Assembly: GCA_965652295.1 (NCBI GenBank)
Contig: CBFGTS010000001.1
Coordinates: 512,001 to 576,000, forward strand
Direction of reading: 5' to 3'
Length of the DNA stretch: 64,000 bases
Source of the DNA: an uncultured Haloferula sp.
Lineage (GTDB): Bacteria > Verrucomicrobiota > Verrucomicrobiia > Verrucomicrobiales > Akkermansiaceae
Below the pieces are notes generated by a model that was not told the origin of the DNA, ran no database searches, and saw only the letters and a list, made by a program, of their open reading frames with translations. The translations under genes were made by a program, and so were the position numbers. Position 1 is the stretch's first letter; every line of letters starts with the position of its first letter. Positions 19,045 to 28,721 of this stretch are shown here, piece after piece.

Positions 19045-19950
19045 TCAGACTTCGGGAGCGGTGGCGAGGGCCTGCTCGATGATGGCGGTGGCCTCGGCGA
19101 GTTCCGCACCGGCGAGTTCGAGGCGGGGGGCGCGGACACGGTTGTTACCGAGCTTCCCGCCGGTGGCGAGGTTCTGCTGGAGCTTGATGAGCTGGACGAA
19201 CTTCACGACGGTATCCATGCGCAGCATCGGCAGCATCCAGGTGTAGATCGGCATTGCTTCCTCAATGCGGCCGCTGGTGCCGAGTTCAAGGAGTTTCACG
19301 TTGTGGCGGGGAAATGCGCCGCCGACACCGGTGATCCAGAATTTCGCACCCATGGCGAAGCCTTCGAGCGCGCAGTCATCGACGCCGACGCCGAGCGCGA
19401 GACGATCCCCGATGAGTTCGCGGATGCCGGCGATGCGGCGGGCATCGGTGGAGGATTCCTTCACCGCCGCCGCGTTGGGCAGCTCGTCGGCCAGCTCTTT
19501 GATGTGGGCCGGGGTGAAGTCGGTTTTGTAGGCGACCGGGTTGTTGTAGATGATGCAGGGCAGGTCGGTGGCGGAGATGACGGCGGTCATGTGGGCCTTC
19601 ATTTCCCGCCAGTCGGAGGCGTAGAGGTAGGGCGGCAGGACCATCAGGCCGCGGCAGCCGTTGTCCTTGGCGGCTTTGGCGAGATCGATGGCTTCCTGTG
19701 TGGAAAGCGACGCGATGCCCGGAATGATGGGCGTGTCCGGCAGGGCCTCGACGTAGGTTTTCTGCAGGGCGACCTTTTCCTCGAAGGAAAGCGTCGCTCC
19801 CTCGCCGAGCGAACCGTGGGCGACGATGGCGGTGCAGCCGTTCTCGACGAGCCACTTGCCATGCTCGGCCATCAGGCCGTGGTCGATGGTGAGGTCTTCG
19901 TTGAACTGGGTGAGGGTGGCGGGCATGACGCCCTTCCATTCGATGCTCAT
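19045..19950 (-). CDS. DapA-family enzyme, probable 1-pyrroline-4-hydroxy-2-carboxylate deaminase
   Basis: WKGVMPA, GSLGEG, YNNPVAY, Schiff-base KESS; lies between the epimerase and the semialdehyde dehydrogenase. Confidence 0.85.
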   Translation of the reverse strand: MSIEWKGVMPATLTQFNEDLTIDHGLMAEHGKWLVENGCTAIVAHGSLGEGATLSFEEKVALQKTYVEALPDTPIIPGIASLSTQEAIDLAKAAKDNGCRGLMVLPPYLYASDWREMKAHMTAVISATDLPCIIYNNPVAYKTDFTPAHIKELADELPNAAAVKESSTDARRIAGIRELIGDRLALGVGVDDCALEGFAMGAKFWITGVGGAFPRHNVKLLELGTSGRIEEAMPIYTWMLPMLRMDTVVKFVQLIKLQQNLATGGKLGNNRVRAPRLELAGAELAEATAIIEQALATAPEV

Positions 19951-19985
19951 GTCGGTGGTCGGTTGGGGATGTGGTGTTGGATCAA

Positions 19986-20942
19986 TCAAAGCACGGCGGG
20001 GATGCCGCAGGCGAAAGGGTCGTCGTCGTGGAGAAAATAGGTGGCCTCTCCGTTAACCCAGGCGCGACCGCGGATGCGGGGCAGGATCTTCCCACCCTCC
20101 AGCAGGTCGAAGCGGCCGAGGAAAACGGTGTCGAGGATCGAGGCCTGCCGCCAGAGCTGGCCGGGCTGGAGTTTCCCGGCGGCATGGAGGCAGGCGAGCT
20201 TGGCGCTGGTGCCGGTGCCGCAGGGCGAGCGGTCGTAGGCTTTGCCCGGGCACATCACGAAGTTCCGTCCATCGGCCACCGCGGGATCGGCGGGCGGGCC
20301 GAAGCTTTCGATGTGGTCGATCTCCATCCCGCCCTCGCCGGTGATGCCGGCCTGACGAAGTGCCTGGCGCACGGCCCAGGTGAAATCGGTGAGTGCGTCG
20401 AGGTTCGCCAGCTCCACCGGCGGACCTTGGTTTTCGATCAGGAAAAACCAGTTTCCGCCCCAGGCGATGTCGCCGGTGATGGTGCCCCAGCCGGGGACTT
20501 CGACGGCCATGTCGGCCGCCATGCGCCAGCTCGGGACGTTGGCGACCTCGATCGAGCCGTCATTTGCCACCGTGGCGACGACCACGCCCACCGGAGTATC
20601 GATGCGATGCGTGCCGGTGCCGATGCGGCCGATGTGAACCAGTGTGGCCACCAGCCCGATGGTCCCGTGGATGCACATGTTCAGGTTCGAGACGTTGTTG
20701 AAAAAGATGACGCCGGTGACGCAGTCCGGCTCGTGCGGCGGGCAGAGCAGCGCACCGACCATCGCCTCATGTCCGCGGGGCTCGTTGCAGACGGCCTGGC
20801 GCAGCCAGTCATGCTCCTCACGCAGCCGCTGGGAACGTCCGGCAAGCGGTCCCGTACCGAGATCCGGCCCGCCGGCGATGACGACGCGGGTGGGCTCTCC
20901 CTCGGTGTGGGAGTCGATGACGCGGATGACGGGGCGGGACAT
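19986..20942 (-). CDS. Proline racemase family, probable 4-hydroxyproline 2-epimerase
   Basis: IDSHTEGEPTRV; two catalytic Cys motifs NMCIHGT and DRSPCGTGTSA. Confidence 0.92.
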   Translation of the reverse strand: MSRPVIRVIDSHTEGEPTRVVIAGGPDLGTGPLAGRSQRLREEHDWLRQAVCNEPRGHEAMVGALLCPPHEPDCVTGVIFFNNVSNLNMCIHGTIGLVATLVHIGRIGTGTHRIDTPVGVVVATVANDGSIEVANVPSWRMAADMAVEVPGWGTITGDIAWGGNWFFLIENQGPPVELANLDALTDFTWAVRQALRQAGITGEGGMEIDHIESFGPPADPAVADGRNFVMCPGKAYDRSPCGTGTSAKLACLHAAGKLQPGQLWRQASILDTVFLGRFDLLEGGKILPRIRGRAWVNGEATYFLHDDDPFACGIPAVL

Positions 20943-21028
20943 TCGAGGACGTTTTTATCACATCGATCTTGTCGAAAGGGCCAGCGGGGACTTTCGATCG
21001 GGCATAAGTCGCGAGCAAAACGCCGGCC

Positions 21029-21778
21029 ATGAAAGACGCTTCCTTTCTCCAGCAGTTCTTCGAATCCGTCGGCGGCGTCGTGCCGGTCGACCGGCTGTTC
21101 GATGGCGTCGCGGACATCGTGTTCTTCATCAAGGACGCGGATGGCCGCTACGTGGCGGTGAACGACACGCTGGTCGAGCGTTGCGGACTGGACTCGCGCG
21201 ATCAACTCATCGGCCGCTCGGTCGCCGAGGTTTTCCCCGCGCCGCTGGCCGGGGAATTCGCCAGCCAGGATACGGAGGTGCTGCGGTCCGGGGCCTCGAT
21301 CCGTGACCGTCTGGAGCTGCACCTTTATCCCGGTGGAGCATCGGGCTGGTGCCTCACCTACAAGGAGCCGATCCGCGCGAAGGACGGCCGTATCGCCGGG
21401 CTGTGCGGGATTTCCCGCGACCTCCACGCGCTGGCAGGCCCGGACGATGAGTTCGGTGCTCTGTCGACGGCGCTCGATCACATCCACCGGCACTTCGATG
21501 AGCCGCTGCGGTTGCCGCGTCTCGCGGAAATGGCGGGTTTGTCGGTGTATCAGTTCGATCAACGGATTCGTACCCTGTTTCAAGTCACGGCCGGGCAGTA
21601 CATTCTGAAAGTCCGGCTGGACTCCGCGCGCGAGCGGTTGGCGACGACCGCCGAGCCGATCGTGCAGGTGGCGCTGGCCTGCGGCTACTCCGACCAGTCG
21701 GCCTTCTCGCGGCAGTTCAAGCAGGCGGTGGGCATCAGCCCGCACGAATACCGCAAGCGGTTTTCGACGAGCGCTTAG
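21029..21778 (+). CDS. AraC-family regulator with an N-terminal PAS domain
   Basis: FFIKDADGRYVAVN (PAS); VALACGYSDQSAFSRQFKQAVGISP (AraC HTH); divergent from the epimerase. Confidence 0.92.
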   Translation: MKDASFLQQFFESVGGVVPVDRLFDGVADIVFFIKDADGRYVAVNDTLVERCGLDSRDQLIGRSVAEVFPAPLAGEFASQDTEVLRSGASIRDRLELHLYPGGASGWCLTYKEPIRAKDGRIAGLCGISRDLHALAGPDDEFGALSTALDHIHRHFDEPLRLPRLAEMAGLSVYQFDQRIRTLFQVTAGQYILKVRLDSARERLATTAEPIVQVALACGYSDQSAFSRQFKQAVGISPHEYRKRFSTSA

Positions 21779-21936
21779 GCCCCTCAGGGCGGTTCAGCCG
21801 GGAAAGGAGTGGGCGAGCGTCCGCAGGAGTGGCGAGTGATAAGGAAAAGGGAAAAAGTGGTGGGGGAACGCGCTGCTTGACCCCATGAAAGATCGATCTT
21901 GAAGAAGGCATTCCCTTCTGACACATTCCACGGGTT

Positions 21937-22719
21937 ATGTCCCCCATTTCCTCCTACCTCATCGCCCTATCCCCCTCGCTCGTCCTCGTCTGCCCGGCCG
22001 CCAGCGTGACCTATCAACTGGCGACCGACTCCAGCATGGTCAACCACTGGCCCGGACCCGACGGACTCATCGGAACCGCCGACGACATTGTCGATGGCGG
22101 TGCCACCACCATCGGCGGCTCGGGTCCCAACGTCCCGGGCGGTCTCTCGCAGGTGTCGTTCGACTTCGGCAATCCCAGCGCGGAACCCAAACTCGCTTCG
22201 CCGTTCGACGCCATCTCTTTCATCAGCACCGGCAGCTTCACTTTCGATGCCACCGCCGGCGCGGGCAGCCCCCTCGTCCTCTCCTTCACGATCGACGTGG
22301 GAACGGAGCCGTTCTTCGGTCACGGTCCATATGAGGCCATCTCCACGGGCCTTTTGCTGGGCTCGTCCGGGGCCGGCACTTTCGATGTCACCGCGGCTCC
22401 CTACGACACGGTGATCAACGGTTCACCGGACTCAGCCGTGATGTCTTTCAGCGGCACGTTCAGCCTGATCGATCCGGACGGTCCCGCCACCGGCAACACC
22501 TACTTCGACACCGTCCTCACTCCGATGGCCCAGACCGCAGGAGCGAACTCCTACGTCGTCCTCACCGGCACCGGCATGTCCGGTGCGGCGACGAACTTCA
22601 ACTTTCCCAACATGCCGATCCAGGTGACGCTAGTCGGCTTCGAGGGCGTTCCCGAGCCGTCCGTCACGGCGCTTGCCGCCGCCGGGCTGATGGCGTTCAC
22701 CCTCCGCCGTCGCCGCTGA
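21937..22719 (+). CDS. PEP-CTERM sorting domain protein
   Basis: Signal-like N-terminus; C-terminal VPEPS, hydrophobic segment, RRRR. Confidence 0.88.
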   Translation: MSPISSYLIALSPSLVLVCPAASVTYQLATDSSMVNHWPGPDGLIGTADDIVDGGATTIGGSGPNVPGGLSQVSFDFGNPSAEPKLASPFDAISFISTGSFTFDATAGAGSPLVLSFTIDVGTEPFFGHGPYEAISTGLLLGSSGAGTFDVTAAPYDTVINGSPDSAVMSFSGTFSLIDPDGPATGNTYFDTVLTPMAQTAGANSYVVLTGTGMSGAATNFNFPNMPIQVTLVGFEGVPEPSVTALAAAGLMAFTLRRRR

Positions 22720-22737
22720 GCCCCGGATTCCACCGCT

Positions 22738-22912
22738 CCGCAAGTCCTGATTGTCGGTGCCGGCCCGACCGGTCTCATCATGGCCCTGTGGCTCGCCCGC
22801 CGCTGGATGGTGCTGATAACTTCGCGCCGCAGTGTCGCTCGACTGGCAGGCGCATCTGTTCGGCCAAGCCGGCGACGAGCTCCGGACGGTTCTTGAAGAA
22901 CACGGGGTAAGG
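22738..22912 (+). pseudogene. Collapsed remnant of an FAD-dependent monooxygenase
   Basis: PQVLIVGAGPTGLIMALWLARR (Rossmann GxGxxG) with no start codon, joined across frameshifts to LDGADNFAP / SLDWQAHLFG. Confidence 0.6.
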
Positions 22913-22921
22913 GAATCCGAG

Positions 22922-24175
22922 TCAAAACCGCCCGGGTGCCATTGCGTCGATCGGGCGGAAGGGGGTGTCGCCTGCGAGGAGGTCGCCGACCAAGCGGCCG
23001 GTGATCGGCCCGAGGCTGAGGCCCATCATGGCGTGGCCGGTGGCGACGACGACGTTGGGCACGGCTTTCAACCGACCGAGGTAGGGCACGCCGTCCGGCG
23101 AAACGGGGCGCAGCCCGACCCAAGGTTCGATGTTCGCGAAATCGCCGACGCTGAATTTCGGAAAGTAGCCGGAGACGGATTTCACGATGCCCATGACGCG
23201 TTTGCGGTCGATCGAGTGATCGAGGCTTCCGACTTCCATCGTGCCGCCGAATCGCAGTTTGGTCCCCATCGGCGTGATCGCCACCTTCGCTTCGGCGAAA
23301 ATCGAGCACAGCTCGGGGAGTTCAGGCGGTGTGGGCAGGGTCAGCGAGTAGCCCTTGCCCGGCTGCAGCGGAAGTTTCGCACCGAGTTTCGCGAGCATCT
23401 TCGCGCTCCACGAGCCGCAGGCGATGACGAACTCGTCCGCTTCGAAGGTCCGGCTGTTCCCACGGGCGGACACGACCCTGCCGCCACGGAGATCCAACCC
23501 ATCGATCTCGACACCGCTCACGATCTCCGCGCCGAGGGCGAGCACGCGTTTCCTCATCGAGACCATGAAGCGCTCTGGCGGAAGGTGGCAGTCCTTCGGG
23601 AAATGCACGGCGCCGGCGATGTCCATGGTCACCCCCGGGTCGAGCTTGGCGACCGACGAGGGATCTAGTACTTCGGCACCGACGCCGATCTCATTCGCGA
23701 CCTCCGCCATTTCCGCCTCTTCATCAAGGCCCCTGGCGGTTTTGCAAAGCATCAGCAGTCCGCGTCGGACGAGGCCGAAGGATTCCTCCTCCTCAAGCTC
23801 GGTGAACAGGCGGCGGCTCTCCAGATTGAGGTCGCGCAGCAGCTCGCGGGTGGCGGCCACGTGGCGCTCGTTCGCATGGCGGTAGAACAGCCATCCCCAG
23901 CGGGCCAGTCGCGGGTCCAGCCGGGGCCGGACGAAAAACGGGCTCTCCGGGTTCAGCATCCAGCGCAGGCCCTTGGAAATCATCCCGGGCGCGGCCAGCG
24001 GGACGAAATGGCTGGGGACGATCATGCCCGCGTTGCCCATCGAGCAGTTGTCGCCGCCCTCCGGCTCGCGTTGGACGATCGTCACCGCGTAGCCGCGTTT
24101 GAGCGCGTAGTAGGCGGAGCAGAGGCCGATGACGCCGCCGCCGATGATGCACACCTTCCGGGTTTCCATGATCAC
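22922..24175 (-). CDS. DadA-like FAD-dependent D-amino acid dehydrogenase, probable D-hydroxyproline dehydrogenase
   Basis: IIGGGVIG, SMGNAG, WVGLRPVSPDG, ATGHAMMGLSLGP; pathway context. Confidence 0.88.
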   Translation of the reverse strand: MIMETRKVCIIGGGVIGLCSAYYALKRGYAVTIVQREPEGGDNCSMGNAGMIVPSHFVPLAAPGMISKGLRWMLNPESPFFVRPRLDPRLARWGWLFYRHANERHVAATRELLRDLNLESRRLFTELEEEESFGLVRRGLLMLCKTARGLDEEAEMAEVANEIGVGAEVLDPSSVAKLDPGVTMDIAGAVHFPKDCHLPPERFMVSMRKRVLALGAEIVSGVEIDGLDLRGGRVVSARGNSRTFEADEFVIACGSWSAKMLAKLGAKLPLQPGKGYSLTLPTPPELPELCSIFAEAKVAITPMGTKLRFGGTMEVGSLDHSIDRKRVMGIVKSVSGYFPKFSVGDFANIEPWVGLRPVSPDGVPYLGRLKAVPNVVVATGHAMMGLSLGPITGRLVGDLLAGDTPFRPIDAMAPGRF

Positions 24176-24338
24176 GAAAGCCTAGCTCGCGCCGTCTTGG
24201 CGGCTTGTCGAGCGTTCGCCCGCGTTTCGGTCGATTCGTGTCCTCCGGGCACCAAGGACACCGTGATCGAGTGAGGGGAATTCAACCGCAAGAGGAAGGC
24301 CGATGCAGGCACCCAGATCCCGAACTGATTTTTCCATC

Positions 24339-24372
24339 ACCGAGCAGCGGAGGTTTACGGAGATCACGGAGA
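24339..24372 (+). repeat. Short degenerate ACGGAG tandem repeat with ~9-bp period
   Basis: accgagca gcggaggttt acggagatc acggaga. Confidence 0.5.
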
Positions 24373-24624
24373 AAGGCAGGATGGGAGGTTTACCGGTTCG
24401 GTGGCCTGCGTCTTCAGTTTTTCCGTGCCTGGGAGAATGCCTGCCCAACCGGGAACCACCTCGAAGCCTTCTGATGACGATGGGTGAATGAAACCCAATC
24501 GGCGTGCACCCCCTGCATCTGCGGTTCTTACCTCGCTGGCTTGGTCGCCTTGGGCCGGAGCGTTCCGCAGCCCTTGTTTTGAAGATCCGGAGCTGGTAGG
24601 AGCCCCGCCGTGGGGGAGGACGAT

Positions 24625-25161
24625 ATGATGAAGATCCGGGCATTGACCATTTGCGGAAGTCTGCGGGCGCGATCGTCGAACGGGGCTTTGCTCGACGCGT
24701 TCGAGGTTTTGGCCTCGGAGCGGATCTTGTCGCGGCGGCTGGAAGGAGTGGGGGAACTGCCGCTTTTCAATCCGGACTGCGAGCCCGAGGTGCCCGATCT
24801 GGTGCGGGAAATCCGGGCGGAGGCGGTCGAGGCGGACGTCTTGGTTTTTTCCACCCCGGAATACATCCATGCGCTGCCCGCGGCGCTGAAGAACCTGCTG
24901 GAGTGGTTGGTAGGCGATCCGGGTATCTATCAGAAGCCTGTGGTCATTCTCCACGCCAGTCCGGTCGCGAGGCTGGCGCTTGAATCGCTGCATGAGGTGC
25001 TTTCCACGATGTCCGCGCGGATCCTCGAATCCGCGAGCGCGGTGGTGCCCCTCGATGGCAACCGCGTGACAAAGGAGGGCATCCTCCGGAATCCGGAGTG
25101 GACCCGGGCGCTGAAGGCGAGCGCTTCGGAGATCGTCCGGCACTTGGAGGCCGAGCGATAA
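24625..25161 (+). CDS. NADPH-dependent FMN reductase
   Basis: ICGSLRARSSN, LPLFNPD, STPEYIHALPAALKNLLEW; GGAGGA RBS upstream. Confidence 0.9.
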   Translation: MMKIRALTICGSLRARSSNGALLDAFEVLASERILSRRLEGVGELPLFNPDCEPEVPDLVREIRAEAVEADVLVFSTPEYIHALPAALKNLLEWLVGDPGIYQKPVVILHASPVARLALESLHEVLSTMSARILESASAVVPLDGNRVTKEGILRNPEWTRALKASASEIVRHLEAER

Positions 25162-25227
25162 GGGGGTGGGCGTTGGCGCCCTCACTTGGCGCTTTGCCAT
25201 CCACCGGGGGAAGTTAGCATCGGTGCC

Positions 25228-26307
25228 ATGCGCGAGAAGGCCGTGGAGCTGTTGAAGGAACTCACCGAGGCGCACTCGGTGCCGGGACATGAGGACGAGG
25301 TGCGGGAAATCTTCGCCCGCGAGTTGGGCGGAGTGGGGGAGCTTTCCACGGACGGCAACGGCTCGGTCATTTGCGATGCCGGCGGCGAGGGTCCGCGGGT
25401 GATGGTGGCAGGGCACATGGACGAGGTCGGCTTCATGGTGCAGAGCATCACGCCCAGCGGTTTTCTCCAGTTTGTGACGCTCGGCGGGTGGTGGTCGCAC
25501 AGCCTGCTGTCGCAGCGGATCGAGGTGAAAACCCGGCGCGGCACCAAGATTCCGGGCGTGATCAGTTCGGTGCCGCCGCACTTTCTCAGCGATTCGCAGC
25601 GCAACCAGGTGCTGGGGGTCGAGCAGATGTTCATCGATGTCGGGGCGGAATCGCGCGACCAGGCGGTGCGCGAATTCGGCATTTCCCTCGGCGATCCGGT
25701 GGCTCCTGTCAGCGCGTTCAGCCGGATGGCGCGGGAGGATTGGTTCATGGCGAAGGCGTTCGACAACCGGGTGGGCATGGCCGGGGCGATCCAGTGTGGC
25801 CAGGTCACGGCCAAGGGCGTGCGGGAGAACCGGCTGCTGCTGGCTGGGACGGTGCAGGAGGAAATGGGTCTGCGTGGGGCGAAATCCGTAGCGGTGAAGG
25901 CGAAGCCGGACGTGGTGATCGTCCTCGAAGGTCCGCCTGCCGACGACACCCCGGGGTTTCCGCCGGCGGATTGCCAGGGGCGGCTCGGCGGTGGTGTGCA
26001 GATCCGGTTTTTCGACTCCAGCGCGATCGGAAATCCGCGCTTCGCCCGCTTCGCCGAGCAGGTGGCGCGGGACGAGGGCATTCCCTACCAGGTGACGGTG
26101 CGGCGGAAAGGAGGCACCGATGCCGGTTCCTTCCACCTCGCCAATGAAGGCATCCCCTGCGTGGTGCTCGGAGTGCCGGCGCGCTACATCCATTCGCACA
26201 ATTCGATCATCGATGTGAACGACCACCTGCACATGGTCGCCTTGGCGGCGGCTCTGGTCCGGCGGCTCGATGGCGGCGTGGTGGAATCCCTGACGAGCTA
26301 TTTGTGA
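25228..26307 (+). CDS. M42-family metallo-aminopeptidase
   Basis: GHMDEVG, KAFDNRVG, QEEMG, GGTDAG, RYIHS. Confidence 0.92.
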   Translation: MREKAVELLKELTEAHSVPGHEDEVREIFARELGGVGELSTDGNGSVICDAGGEGPRVMVAGHMDEVGFMVQSITPSGFLQFVTLGGWWSHSLLSQRIEVKTRRGTKIPGVISSVPPHFLSDSQRNQVLGVEQMFIDVGAESRDQAVREFGISLGDPVAPVSAFSRMAREDWFMAKAFDNRVGMAGAIQCGQVTAKGVRENRLLLAGTVQEEMGLRGAKSVAVKAKPDVVIVLEGPPADDTPGFPPADCQGRLGGGVQIRFFDSSAIGNPRFARFAEQVARDEGIPYQVTVRRKGGTDAGSFHLANEGIPCVVLGVPARYIHSHNSIIDVNDHLHMVALAAALVRRLDGGVVESLTSYL

Positions 26308-27329
26308 GCTTGGACGGGATGGGGGTTTCGGTGTCAGCTCCGCTCGTGCCCCTCGCGACCTACGTCCACCATCTCGATCCGGTCATTTTCCGCATCAACG
26401 ACGCGATCGCGTTGCGTTGGTACGGGCTCTCTTACCTGGCTGCGTTCCTTGTCGGGATCTGGCTGCTGAATTTCCTCGCCAAGCGGAAGCTCTGGGTGCT
26501 GCCACCGGGGGCGGCGGGCGATTTCATCGCGGCGGCGGCGATCTTCGGCGTCTTCATCGGCGGGCGGCTGGGTTACATGCTCTGGTATGAGCCGCGGGAG
26601 CACGGGTGGGGATGGCTGACCGAGGACCCGCTGCGGGTTTTCCGCGTGTGGGAAGGCGGGATGGCCAGCCACGGCGCGATTCTCGGGTTGGTGGTTTTCA
26701 CCTGGTTTTATTCGCAGAAAAAGAAGGTCTCGTGGACCGGACTCGGCGACGGTCTCTGCGTCGTGGCTCCGCTGGGCATCATGTTCGGGCGCCTGGCGAA
26801 TTTCATCAACGGCGAGCTCTACGGCCGCGTGGCGCAGGGGGTGCCGTGGGCGGTGAAATTCCCGACGGCCCTGGCTGAGCCCGACCGGGTCGAGTCAGCC
26901 CGTTTCGACCAGGCGATGGCGGCGGCGGTTGACGCCGACCCGCGTTTGGCGGAGGTGCCCGGCCCGCAGCTTTTCAACACCGTGCTCGAGTGGCAGCGGG
27001 ATTCTCCGGAAATCCGGCACGCCTTGGAGCCTTTTCTCGAACCCCGGCATCCCTCCCAGCTCTACCAGGCGGCGATGGAGGGGTTGCTGCTGTTTCTCAT
27101 CCTGTGGACCGTGCGTCTGCGCTTTCCGAAGCTCCCGCATGGCGTGCTGACGGGGCTGTTTTTCATCCTCTACGCGGTGTTCCGGATCATCGGCGAGCAG
27201 TTCCGCGAGCCGGATTCGAGCAACAGCTTCGTCGGGGTCTTCACCAGCGGCCAGTTCCTGTCGCTGTTCATGATCGCGATCGGAGCTGCCTTCGTGCTCG
27301 TCGCGGTGAAAGGGAAACGGACGGCCTGA
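26304..27329 (+). CDS. lgt: Prolipoprotein diacylglyceryl transferase
   Basis: RWYGLSY, GGRLGY, GGMASHG, GRLANFINGELYGR, HPSQLY. Confidence 0.96.
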   Translation: MSLDGMGVSVSAPLVPLATYVHHLDPVIFRINDAIALRWYGLSYLAAFLVGIWLLNFLAKRKLWVLPPGAAGDFIAAAAIFGVFIGGRLGYMLWYEPREHGWGWLTEDPLRVFRVWEGGMASHGAILGLVVFTWFYSQKKKVSWTGLGDGLCVVAPLGIMFGRLANFINGELYGRVAQGVPWAVKFPTALAEPDRVESARFDQAMAAAVDADPRLAEVPGPQLFNTVLEWQRDSPEIRHALEPFLEPRHPSQLYQAAMEGLLLFLILWTVRLRFPKLPHGVLTGLFFILYAVFRIIGEQFREPDSSNSFVGVFTSGQFLSLFMIAIGAAFVLVAVKGKRTA

Positions 27330-27366
27330 GGTCGGCCGTCGATGGCGGCGCGGGTTTCTTTCCGGT

Positions 27367-27401
27367 GCGGAGAGACGGAGATGACGGAGGCCACGGAGGT
27401 G
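27367..27401 (+). repeat. Short ACGGAG tandem repeat with 9-bp period
   Basis: gcggagag acggagatg acggaggcc acggaggtg. Confidence 0.55.
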
Positions 27402-27503
27402 GAAAATCCCTCATGGTTGGCTCCGGATCACCCGTAACCCCGCTTTTCCTGCGACCTCTGCAAGCCTTTTAGGCTCAGGGAAATCAGCTCCCGCTGGCTT
27501 CGT

Positions 27504-28004
27504 TCAGCGCGCGATTTTGAGGCGCTGCCCGATGCGGATCGTGCTGCCCGAGATGCCGTTCGCCCGTTGGATCTTGGAGACCGTGGTGCCGTAGCGCTTG
27601 GCCAGACCGTAGAGCGTGTCGCCCTTGCGGACCGAGTGGTAGACCGTGGCGGGAGGTTTCGGCTTGGGCTTCGGTTTGGCGACTGGCTTGGGCTTCGGAG
27701 TCTGCTGGGTGACCACGCGGGTGGTGGTCGTCGGCGAGGATGCCGGAGCGGTGCGCTGGACGACTTGCGTCGAGGTGTTCGAGGCGAGCGCCGGGGTCGT
27801 GGTGGTCGGAGTCGCCGTCGGCTTCGGTTGCACCGAGCGGCCGTTCCATTTCGAGGGGGTGTCCGCCCAGGCTTCGACGTAGTTGCCGTTGCTGTCGAAG
27901 GGGCCGGTGCCGGTGGGATTCTCACCTGAGAAGCTTCCGTTTCCGCAGCTCGAGAGAGCCAGAGGAAGGAGACTGGAGAACAGCAATGCCCGCGAAATCC
28001 GCAT
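27504..28004 (-). CDS. LysM-domain lipoprotein
   Basis: Lipobox LSSC; Pro/Thr/Lys linker; LysM HSVRKGDTLYGLAKRYGTTVSKIQRANG. Confidence 0.9.
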   Translation of the reverse strand: MRISRALLFSSLLPLALSSCGNGSFSGENPTGTGPFDSNGNYVEAWADTPSKWNGRSVQPKPTATPTTTTPALASNTSTQVVQRTAPASSPTTTTRVVTQQTPKPKPVAKPKPKPKPPATVYHSVRKGDTLYGLAKRYGTTVSKIQRANGISGSTIRIGQRLKIAR

Positions 28005-28294
28005 GGGCGGGAGTATTGAAGCAAACCGGAATCTTGGCAACGCATGTTTGGCCGCGAAACGACCGGACGGGTTCCTGTCTCAGGGCGGGCTGCCGGCGAA
28101 CCGGGGCCGGGATGGATGGGACGGGTAGGATGAATGGGAGGCACTGCCGTTCTTCCCGGTCCGCTGGAACGGTGAGAGAGATTCTTTCCGGCACTTTTTC
28201 GCGAGCCGGGAAACGGCGATCGCCGTGAACCTGCTTTGCCCTTGCCATGGCGAGGGGCGAATGGCATTTCCTCGCCCGTCCGCAAGGAAACGAA

Positions 28295-28367
28295 GGGGCA
28301 TTAGCTCAGTTGGTAGAGCGTCTCGTTCGCAATGAGAAGGTCAGCGGTTCGACTCCGCTATGCTCCA
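28295..28367 (+). tRNA. tRNA-Ala(CGC)
   Basis: GGGGCAT...ATGCTCCA acceptor stem with G3:U70; anticodon arm TCTCG-TTCGCAA-TGAGA; GTTCGA T-loop; CCA not encoded. Confidence 0.96.
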
Positions 28368-28397
28368 CGTCTTCCGGTCGGCTCGTTTGCCTGAGCT

Positions 28398-28604
28398 TCA
28401 CTTGAAGAAGCCGCCCATTTTTCCCATCAGCCCGCCGGCGATCCGGCCGAGGTCGGGGGTGCGGCCTTCGAGGAGGTCGTCGATGACGCCGACGCAATCC
28501 TGAGGCACGCGCTCCTTCACGAAGCCCGCCACGGTGTCGAGGATCTGGTCCACCTGTTCGTCGCTAAGTCCGAGAGCGGAGAGGCGGGCTTTGAGTTCGT
28601 TCAC
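28398..28604 (-). CDS. Small hypothetical protein, possibly DUF2267-like (68 aa, GTG start)
   Basis: NELKARLSALGLSDEQVDQILDTVAGFVKERVP...GGLMGKMGGFFK; lies between two tRNAs. Confidence 0.7.
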   Translation of the reverse strand: MNELKARLSALGLSDEQVDQILDTVAGFVKERVPQDCVGVIDDLLEGRTPDLGRIAGGLMGKMGGFFK

Positions 28605-28639
28605 GGCAGGCGGCGGGTCGGATTGCGAGGAGTGAAAAG

Positions 28640-28721
28640 TACCGGGGACAGGACTCGAACCTGCACGCCTTGCGGCGCCAGAACCTAAATCTGGTGCGTC
28701 TACCAATTTCGCCACCCCGGC
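28640..28721 (-). tRNA. tRNA-Leu(TAG)
   Basis: GCCGGGGTGGCGAAATTGGTAGACGC; anticodon arm CCAGA-TTTAGGT-TCTGG; long variable arm; GGTTCGAGTCC. Confidence 0.96.

Noticed and set aside
20968..24211. CTTGTCGA upstream of both the epimerase and the dehydrogenase as a possible AraC site
   Set aside because: Only 8 bp, with inconsistent spacing to any second half-site; too weak without orthologous comparison
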